Origin: Auanema rhodensis
Taxonomy: Eukaryota > Animalia > Nematoda
Reading direction: 5' to 3'
Length of the DNA stretch: 64,000 nt
Assembly (NCBI GenBank): GCA_964057225.1
Contig: OZ059896.1
Span: 21,638,001-21,702,000 of the forward strand
This document shows, one piece after another, positions 53,801-64,000 of this stretch (position 1 is its first letter; every line of letters starts with the position of its first letter). Under the pieces are notes generated by a model, which saw nothing but the letters and a program-made list of their open reading frames with translations, did no database searches and was not told the origin of the DNA. The position numbers were made by a program, and so were the translations under genes.

Positions 53801-54700
53801 TTGAATAACATTGTCCATCGTCTTTGCCTTGAAAAAAGGAATCTAAAAACATCCACTTTTTGCTAAATTATTTTGAAATTTTTCGAAAAAATTTTTGTCA
53901 AAATGTTTTTGGAAGCAATGTTGAGTGTATATGGAAACTCAACATACACTAATGCATCATTTTTCAAACAATCATAACTAATTTTTGTATTAAGCGTCTC
54001 TCAATGTAGTATAGTGCATTCGATGCGGATTTTTAAGCTGCGTCGATCTGTGTTATCAGATTTGCGCTAGCTTAAAAATGCACCAAGATATCAACTGATA
54101 TAAGTGCACACTTATATCCTCGATTTTCACTCTGAAGAATTAATTTTTTCGTTGAATAACATTGTCCATCGTCTTTGCCTTGAAAAAAGGAATCTAAAAA
54201 CATCTACTTTTTGCTAAATTATTTTGAAATTTTTCGAAAAAATTTTTGTCAAAATGTTTTTGGAAGCAATGTTGAGTGTACATGGAAACTCAACATACAC
54301 TAATGCATCATTTTTCAAACGATCATAACTAATTTTTGTATTAAGCGTTTCTCAATGTAATATAGTGCATTCGATGCGGATTTTCAAGCTGCGTCGATCT
54401 GTGTTATCAGATTTGCGCTAGCTTAAAAATGCACCAAGATATCAACTGATATAAGTGCACACTTATATCCTCGATTTTCACTCTGAAGAATTAATTTTTT
54501 CGTTGAATAACATTGTCCATCGTCTTTGCCTTGAAAAAAGGAATCTAAAAACATCCACTTTTTGCTAAATTATCTTGAAATTTTTCGAAAAAATTTTTGT
54601 CAAAATGTTTTTGGAAGCAATGTTGAGTGTATATGGAAACTCAACATACACTAATGCATCATTTTTCAAACAATCATAACTAATTTTTGTATTAAGCGTT
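41900..54700 (-). repeat. 3-mer HOR domain (1053 bp) with 2-mer variants, nested into a 3+3+2 8-mer (2808 bp)
   Basis: Marker 'gtgtatatgg' occurs at 41991, 43044, 44097, 45150, 46203, 46905, 47958, 49011, 49713, 50766, 51819, 52872, 53925 and 54627. Confidence 0.9.
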
Positions 54701-56099
54701 TCTCAATGTAGTATAGTGCATTCGATGCGGATTTTTAAGCTGCGTCGATCTGTGTTATCAGATTTGCGCTAGCTTAAAAATGCACCAAGATATCAACTGA
54801 TATAAGTGCACACTTATATCCTCGATTTTCACCCTGAAGAATTAATTTTTTCGTTGAATAACATTGTCCATCGTCTTTGCCTTGAAAAAAGAAATCTAAA
54901 AACATCTACTTTTTGCTAAATTATTTTGAAATTTTTCGAAAAAATTTTTGTCAAAATGTTTTTGGAAGCAATATTGAGTGTACATGGAAACTCAACATAC
55001 ACTAATGCATCATTTTTCAAACGATCATAACTAATTTTTGTATTAAGCGTTTCTCAATGTAATAAAGTGCATTCGATGCGGATTTTTAAGCTGCGTCGAT
55101 CTGTGTGATCAGATTTGCGCTAGCTTAAAAATGCACCGAGATATCAACTGATATATGTTCACACTTATATCCTCGATTTTCACCCTGAAGAAATAATTTT
55201 TTCGTTGAATAACATTGTCCATCGTCTTTGCCTTGAAAAAAGGAATCTAAAAACATCTACTTTTCGCTAAATTATTTTGAAATTTTTCGAAAAAATTTTT
55301 GTCAAAATGTTTTTGGAAGCAATATTGAGTGTACATGGAAACTCAACATACACTAATGCATCATTTTTCAAACGATCATGACTAATTTTTGTATTAAGCG
55401 TTTCTCAATGTAACAGAGTGCATTCGATGCGGATTTTTAAGCTGCGTCGATCTGTGTTATCAGATTTGCGCTAGCTTAAAAATGCACCAAGATATCAACT
55501 GATATAAGTGCACACTTATATCCTCGATTTTCACCCTGAAGAATTAATTTTTTCGTTGAATAACATTGTCCATCGTCTTTGCCTTAAAAAAAGGAATCTA
55601 AAAACATCTACTTTTTGCTAAATTATTTTGAAATTTTTCGAAAAAATTTTTGTCAAAATGTTTTTGGAAGCAATGTTGAGTGTACATGGAAACTCAACAT
55701 ACACTAATGCATCATTTTTCAAACGATCATAACTAATTTTTCTATTAAGCGTTTCTCAATGTAATATAGTGCATTCGATGCGGATTTTCAAGCTGCGTCG
55801 ATCTGTGTTATCAGATTTGCGCTAGCTTAAAAATGCACCAAGATATCAACTGATATAAGTTCACACTTATATCCTCGATTTTCACCCTGAAGAATTAATT
55901 TTTTCGTTGAATAACATTGTCCATCGTCTTTGCCTTGAAAGAAGGAATCTAAAAACATCTACTTTTTGCTAAATTATTTTGAAATTTTTCGAAAAAATTT
56001 TTGTCAAAATGTTTTTGGAAGCAATGTTGAGTGTACATGGAAACTCAACATACACTAATGCATCATTTTTCAAACGATCATAACTAATTTTTGTATTAA

Positions 56100-58100
56100 G
56101 CGTTTCTCAATGTAATATAGTGCATTCGATGCGGATTTTTAAGCTGCGTCGATCTGTGTTATCAGATTTGCGCTAGCTTAAAAATGCACCAAGATATCAA
56201 CTGATATAAGTGCACACTTATATCCTCGATTTTCACTCTGAAGAATCAATTTTTTCGTTGAATAACATTGTCCATCGTCTTTGCCTTGAAAAAAGGAATC
56301 TAAAAACATCCACTTTTTGCTAAATTATTTTGAAATTTTTCGAAAAAATTTTTGTCAAAATGTTTTTGGAAGCAATGTTGAGTGTACATGGAAACTCAAC
56401 ATACACTAATGCATCATTTTTCAAACGATCATAACTAATTTTTGTATTAAGCGTTTCTCAATGTAATATAGTGCATTCGATGCGGATTTTTAAGCTGCGT
56501 CGATCTGTGTTATCAGATTTGCGCTAGCTTAAAAATGCACCAAGATATCAACTGATATAAGTGCACACTTATATCCTCGATTTTCACTCTGAAGAATCAA
56601 TTTTTTCGTTGAATAACATTGTCCATCGTCTTTGCCTTGAAAAAAGGAATCTAAAAACATCCACTTTTTGCTAAATTATTTTGAAATTTTTCGAAAAATT
56701 TTTTGTCAAAATGTTTTTGGAAGCAATGTTGAGTGTACATGGAAACTCAACATACACTAATGCATCATTTTTCAAACGATCATAACTAATTTTTGTATTA
56801 AGCGTTTCTCAATGTAATATAGTGCATTCGATGCGGATTTTTAAGCTGCGTCGATCTGTGTTATCAGATTTGCGCTAGCTTAAAAATGCACCAAGATATC
56901 AACTGATATAAGTGCACACTTATATCCTCGATTTTCACTCTGAAGAATCAATTTTTTCGTTGAATAACATTGTCCATCGTCTTTGCCTTGAAAAAAGGAA
57001 TCTAAAAACATCCACTTTTTGCTAAATTATTTTGAAATTTTTTGAAAAAATTTTTGTCAAAATGTTTTTGGAAGCAATGTTGAGTGTACATGGAAACTCA
57101 ACATACACTAATGCATCATTTTTCAAACGATCATAACTAATTTTTGTATTAAGCGTTTCTCAATGTAATATAGTGCATTCGATGCGGATTTTCAAGCTGC
57201 GTCGATCTGTGTTATCAGATTTGCGCTAGCTTAAAAATGCACCAAGATATCAACTGATATAAGTGCACACTTATATCCTCGATTTTCACTCTGAAGAATC
57301 AATTTTTTCGTTGAATAACATTGTCCATCGTCTTTGCCTTGAAAAAAGGAATCTAAAAACATCCACTTTTTGCTAAATTATTTTGAAATTTTTCGAAACA
57401 ATTTTTGTCAAAATGTTTTTGGAAGCAATGTTGAGTGTACATGGAAACTCAACATACACTAATGCATCATTTTTCAAACGATCATAACTAATTTTTGTAT
57501 TAAGCGTTTCTCAATGTAATATAGTGCATTCGATGCGGATTTTTAAGCTGCGTCGATCTGTGTTATCAGATTTGCGCTAGCTTAAAAATGCACCAAGATA
57601 TCAACTGATATAAGTGCACACTTATATCCTCGATTTTCACTCTGAAGAATCAATTTTTTCGTTGAATAACATTGTCCATCGTCTTTGCCTTGAAAAAAGG
57701 AATCTAAAAACATCCACTTTTTGCTAAATTATTTTGAAATTTTTCGAAAAAATTTTTGTCAAAATGTTTTTGGAAGCAATGTTGAGTGTACATGGAAACT
57801 CAACATACACTAATGCATCATTTTTCAAACGATCATAACTAATTTTTGTATTAAGCGTTTCTCAATGTAATATAGTGCATTCGATGCGGATTTTCAAGCT
57901 GCGTCGATCTGTGTTATCAGATTTGCGCTAGCTTAAAAATGCACCAAGATATCAACTGATATAAGTGCACACTTATATCCTCGATTTTCACTCTGAAGAA
58001 TCAATTTTTTCGTTGAATAACATTGTCCATCGTCTTTGCCTTGAAAAAAGGAATCTAAAAACATCCACTTTTTGCTAAATTATTTTGAAATTTTTCGAAA
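56100..58100 (-). repeat. Run of six consecutive monomers of one subtype (monomer-level amplification)
   Basis: The 'cactctgaagaatcaatt' variant occurs in six successive units ('aatc' at 56244, 56595, 56946, 57297, 57648, 57999). Confidence 0.9.
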
Positions 58101-61100
58101 AAATTTTTGTCAAAATGTTTTTGGAAGCAATGTTGAGTGTACATGCAAACTCAACATACACTAATGCATCATTTTTCAAACAATCATAACTAATTTTTGT
58201 ATTAAGCGTTTCTCAATGTAGTATAGTGCATTCGATGCGGATTTTTAAGCTGCGTCGATCTGTGTTATCAGATTTGCGCTAGCTTAAAAATGCACCGAGA
58301 TATCAACTGATATAAGTTTACACTTATATCCTCGATTTTCACCCTGAAGAATTAATTTTTTCGTTGAATAACATTGTCCATCGTCTTTGCCTTGAAAAAA
58401 GGAATCTAAAAACATCTACTTTTTGCTAAATTATTTTAAAATTTTTCGAAAAAATTTTTGTCAAAATGTTTTTGGAAGCAATGTTGAGTGTACATGGAAA
58501 CTCAACATACACTAATGCATCATTTTTCAAACGATCATAACTAATTTTTGTATTAAGCGTTTCTCAATGTAGTATAGTGCATTCGATGCGGATTTTTAAG
58601 CTGCGTCGATCTGTGTTATCAGATTTGCGCTAGCTTAAAAATGCACCAAGATATCAACTGATATAAGTGCACACTTATATCCTCGATTTTCACCCTGAAG
58701 AATTAATTTTTTCGTTGAATAACATTGTCCATCGTCTTTGCATTGAAAAAAGGAATCTAAAAACATCTACTTTTTGCTAAATTATTTTGAAATTTTTCGA
58801 AAAAATTTTTGTCAAAATGTTTTTGGAAGCAATGTTGAGTGTACATGGAAACTCAACATACACTAATGCATCATTTTTCAAACGATCATAACTAATTTTT
58901 GTATTAAGCGTTTCTCAATGTAGTATAGTGCATTCGATGCGGATTTTTAAGCTGCGTCGATCTGTTTTATCAGATTTGCGCTAGCTTAAAAATGCACCAA
59001 GATATCAACTGATATAAGTGCACACTTATACCCTCGATTTTCACCCTGAAGAATTAATTTTTTCGTTGAATAACATTGTCCATCGTCTTTGCCTTGAAAA
59101 AAGGAATCTAAAAACATCTACTTTTTGCTAAATTATTTTGAAATTTTTCGAAAAAATTTTTGTCAAAATGTTTTTGGAAGCAATGTTGAGTGTACATGGA
59201 AACTCAACATACACTAATGCATCATTTTTCAAACGATCATAACTAATTTTTGTATTAAGCGTTTCTCAATGTAATATAGTGCATTCGATGCGGATTTTCA
59301 AGCTGCGTCGATCTGTGTTATCAGATTTGCGCTAGCTTAAAAATGCACCAAGATATCAACTGATATAAGTGCACACTTATATCCTCGATTTTCACTCTGA
59401 AGAATTAATTTTTTCGTTGAATAACATTGTCCATCGTCTTTGCCTTGAAAAAAGGAATCTAAAAACATCCACTTTTTGCTAAATTATCTTGAAATTTTTC
59501 GAAAAAATTTTTGTCAAAATGTTTTTGGAAGCAATGTTGAGTGTACATGGAAACTCAACATACACTAATGCATCATTTTTCAAACAATCATAACTAATTT
59601 TTGTATTAAGCGTTTCTCAATGTAGTATAGTGCATTCGATGCGGATTTTTAAGCTGCGTCGATCTGTGTTATCAGATTTGCGCTAGCTTAAAAATGCACC
59701 GAGATATCAACTGATATAAGTTTACACTTATATCCTCGATTTTCACCCTGAAGAATTAATTTTTTCGTTGAATAACATTGTCCATCGTCTTTGCCTTGAA
59801 AAAAGGAATCTAAAAACATCTACTTTTTGCTAAATTATTTTAAAATTTTTCGAAAAAATTTTTGTCAAAATGTTTTTGGAAGCAATGTTGAGTGTACATG
59901 GAAACTCAACATACACTAATGCATCATTTTTCAAACGATCATAACTAATTTTTGTATTAAGCGTTTCTCAATGTAGTATAGTGCATTCGATGCGGATTTT
60001 TAAGCTGCGTCGATCTGTGTTATCAGATTTGCGCTAGCTTAAAAATGCACCAAGATATCAACTGATATAAGTGCACACTTATATCCTCGATTTTCACTCT
60101 GAAGAATCAATTTTTTCGTTGAATAACATTGTCCATCGTCTTTGCCTTGAAAAAAGGAATCTAAAAACATCCACTTTTTGCTAAATTATTTTGAAAATTT
60201 TCGAAAAAATTTTTGTCAAAATGTTTTTGGAAGCAATGTTGAGTGTACATGCAAACTCAACATACACTAATGCATCATTTTTCAAACAATCATAACTAAT
60301 TTTTGTATTAAGCGTTTCTCAATGTAGTATAGTGCATTCGATGCGGATTTTTAAGCTGCGTCGATCTGTGTTATCAGATTTGCGCTAGCTTAAAAATGCA
60401 CCGAGATATCAACTGATATAAGTTTACACTTATATCCTCGATTTTCACCCTGAAGAATTAATTTTTTCGTTGAATAACATTGTCCATCGTCTTTGCCTTG
60501 AAAAAAGGAATCTAAAAACATCTACTTTTTGCTAAATTATTTTAAAATTTTTCGAAAAAATTTTTGTCAAAATGTTTTTGGAAGCAATGTTGAGTGTACA
60601 TGGAAACTCAACATACACTAATGCATCATTTTTCAAACGATCATAACTAATTTTTGTATTAAGCGTTTCTCAATGTAGTATAGTGCATTCGATGCGGATT
60701 TTTAAGCTGCGTCGATCTGTGTTATCAGATTTGCGCTAGCTTAAAAATGCACCAAGATATCAACTGATATAAGTGCACACTTATATCCTCGATTTTCACC
60801 CTGAAGAATTAATTTTTTCGTTGAATAACATTGTCCATCGTCTTTGCATTGAAAAAAGGAATCTAAAAACATCTACTTTTTGCTAAATTATTTTGAAATT
60901 TTCCGAAAAAATTTTTGTCAAAATGTTTTTGGAAGCAATGTTGAGTGTACATGGAAACTCAACATACACTAATGCATCATTTTTCAAACGATCATAACTA
61001 ATTTTTGTATTAAGCGTTTCTCAATGTAATATAGTGCATTCGATGCGGATTTTCAAGCTGCGTCGATCTGTGTTATCAGATTTGCGCTAGCTTAAAAATG

Positions 61101-64000
61101 CACCAAGATATCAACTGATATAAGTACACACTTATATCCTCGATTTTCACTCTGAAGAATTAATTTTTTCGTTGAATAACATTGTCCATCGTCTTTGCCT
61201 TGAAAAAAGGAATCTAAAAACATCCACTTTTTGCTAAATTATCTTGAAATTTTTCGAAAAAATTTTTGTCAAAATGTTTTTGGAAGCAATGTTGAGTGTA
61301 CATGGAAACTCAACATACACTAATGCATCATTTTTCAAACAATCATAACTAATTTTTGTATTAAGCGTTTCTCAATGTAGTATAGTGCATTCGATGCGGA
61401 TTTTTAAGCTGCGTCGATCTGTGTTATCAGATTTGCGCTAGCTTAAAAATGCACCGAGATATCAACTGATATAAGTTTACACTTATATCCTCGATTTTCA
61501 CCCTGAAGAATTAATTTTTTCGTTGAATAACATTGTCCATCGTCTTTGCCTTGAAAAAAGGAATCTAAAAACATCTACTTTTTGCTAAATTATTTTAAAA
61601 TTTTTCGAAAAAATTTTTGTCAAAATGTTTTTGGAAGCAATGTTGAGTGTACATGGAAACTCAACATACACTAATGCATCATTTTTCAAACGATCATAAC
61701 TAATTTTTGTATTAAGCGTTTCTCAATGTAGTATAGTGCATCCGATGCGGATTTTTAAGCTGCGTCGATCTGTGTTATCAGATTTGCGCTAGCTTAAAAA
61801 TGCACCAAGATATCAACTGATATAAGTGCACACTTATATCCTCGATTTTCACCCTGAAGAATTAATTTTTTCGTTGAATAACATTGTCCATCGTCTTTGC
61901 ATTGAAAAAAGGAATCTAAAAACATCTACTTTTTGCTAAATTATTTTGAAATTTTTCGAAAAAATTTTTGTCAAAATGTTTTTGGAAGCAATGTTGAGTG
62001 TACATGGAAACTCAACATACACTAATGCATCATTTTTCAAACAATCATAACTAATTTTTGTATTAAGCGTTTCTCAATGTAGTATAGTGCATTCGATGCG
62101 GATTTTTAAGCTGCTTCGATCTGTGTTATCAGATTTGCGCTAGCTTACAAATGCACCGAGATATCAACTGATATAAGTTCACACTTATATCCTCGATTTT
62201 CACCCTGAAGAATTAATTTTTTCGTTGAATAACATTGTCCATCGTCTTTGCATTGAAAAAAGGAATCTAAAAACATCTACTTTTTGCTAAATTATTTTGA
62301 AATTTTTCGAAAAAATTTTTGTCAAAATGTTTTTGGAAGCAATGTTGAGTGTACATGGAAACTCAACATACACTAATGCATCATTTTTCAAACGATCATA
62401 ACTAATTTTTGTATTAAGCGTTTCTCAATGTAGTATAGTGCATTCGATGCGGATTTTTAAGCTGCGTCGATCTGTTTTATCAGATTTGCGCTAGCTTAAA
62501 AATGCACCAAGATATCAACTGATATAAGTGCACACTTATATCCTCGATTTTCACCCTGAAGAATTAATTTTTTCGTTGAATAACATTGTCCATCGTCTTT
62601 GCCTTGAAAAAAGGAATCTAAAAACATCTACTTTTTGCTAAATTATTTTGAAATTTTTCGAAAAAATTTTTGTCAAAATGTTTTTGGAAGCAATGTTGAG
62701 TGTACATGGAAACTCAACATACACTAATGCATCATTTTTCAAACGATCATAACTAATTTTTGTATTAAGCGTTTCTCAATGTAATATAGTGCATTCGATG
62801 CGGATTTTCAAGCTGCGTCGATCTGTGTTATCAGATTTGCGCTAGCTTAAAAATGCACCAAGATATCAACTGATATAAGTGCACACTTATATCCTCGATT
62901 TTCACTCTGAAGAATTAATTTTTTCGTTGAATAACATTGTCCATCGTCTTTGCCTTGAAAAAAGGAATCTAAAAACATCCACTTTTTGCTAAATTATCTT
63001 GAAATTTTTCGAAAAAATTTTTGTCAAAATGTTTTTGGAAGCAATGTTGAGTGTACATGGAAACTCAACATACACTAATGCATCATTTTTCAAACAATCA
63101 TAACTAATTTTTGTATTAAGCGTTTCTCAATGTAGTATAGTGCATTCGATGCGGATTTTTAAGCTGCGTCGATCTGTGTTATCAGATTTGCGCTAGCTTA
63201 AAAATGCACCGAGATATCAACTGATATAAGTTTACACTTATATCCTCGATTTTCACCCTGAAGAATTAATTTTTTCGTTGAATAACATTGTCCATCGTCT
63301 TTGCCTTGAAAAAAGGAATCTAAAAACATCTACTTTTTGCTAAATTATTTTAAAATTTTTCGAAAAAATTTTTGTCAAAATGTTTTTGGAAGCAATGTTG
63401 AGTGTACATGGAAACTCAACATACACTAATGCATCATTTTTCAAACGATCATAACTAATTTTTGTATTAAGCGTTTCTCAATGTAGTATAGTGCATTCGA
63501 TGCGGATTTTTAAGCTGCGTCGATCTGTGTTATCAGATTTGCGCTAGCTTAAAAATGCACCAAGATATCAACTGATATAAGTGCACACTTATATCCTCGA
63601 TTTTCACTCTGAAGAATCAATTTTTTCGTTGAATAACATTGTCCATCGTCTTTGCCTTGAAAAAAGGAATCTAAAAACATCCACTTTTTGCTAAATTATT
63701 TTGAAATTTTTCGAAAAAATTTTTGTCAAAATGTTTTTGGAAGCAATGTTGAGTGTACATGCAAACTCAACATACACTAATGCATCATTTTTCAAACAAT
63801 CATAACTAATTTTTGTATTAAGCGTTTCTCAATGTAGTATAGTGCATTCGATGCGGATTTTTAAGCTGCGTCGATCTGTGTTATCAGATTTGCGCTAGCT
63901 TAAAAATGCACCAAGATATCAACTGATATAAGTGCACACTTATATCCTCGATTTTCACCCTGAAGAATTAATTTTTTCGTTGAATAACATTGTCCATCGT
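58100..64000 (-). repeat. 5/6/10-mer HOR domain
   Basis: 'acatgcaaac' at 58141, 60247 and 63757 (offsets 2106 and 3510). 'ctgttttat' at 58962/62472 (3510). 'attatcttgaa' recurs every 1755 bp from about 59483. Confidence 0.8.

Larger units (their letters stand above)
29712..64000 (-). repeat. Same 351-bp satellite in inverted orientation, right arm (about 97.7 monomers, runs off the window end)
   Basis: The sequence is the reverse complement of the left monomer (e.g. 'catggaaactcaacatacactaatgcatc' = rc of 'gatgcattagtgtatgttgagtttccatg'). The 'catg' anchor recurs at 29712, 30063, 30414 and so on to 63758 with a 351-bp period. Confidence 0.99.

Noticed and set aside
1-64000. CRISPR array, integron cassette array or other prokaryotic repeat-spacer system
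   Set aside because: There are no unique spacers or cassettes. The entire 351-bp unit is repeated, and no associated genes are present.

Overview
The whole 64 kb window is one non-coding, AT-rich satellite DNA array (about 31% GC by hand count of monomer 1) built from about 182 highly similar copies of a 351-bp monomer. I found no genes, RNA genes, transposons or CRISPR arrays, and the supplied ORFs are by-products of the repeat. The main structural feature is an orientation switch at 29,702-29,712. The left arm (84 monomers plus 207 bp) runs in one direction and the right arm (about 97.7 monomers) is its reverse complement. The arms are joined through a T-run and a 26-nt unpaired piece, forming a quasi-palindrome with about 30 kb arms and a 35-nt spacer. 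The arms are not mirror copies at the SNP level: each has its own variants and higher-order repeat (HOR) domains (2-, 3-, 4-, 5-, 6-, 8-, 10- and 12-mer offsets), and divergence is elevated next to the junction. The monomer contains four dyad symmetries, phased A/T tracts and no CpG depletion, and its length is very tightly conserved. This is consistent with a eukaryotic (peri)centromeric or heterochromatic satellite, possibly invertebrate. The species and family cannot be named from sequence alone.
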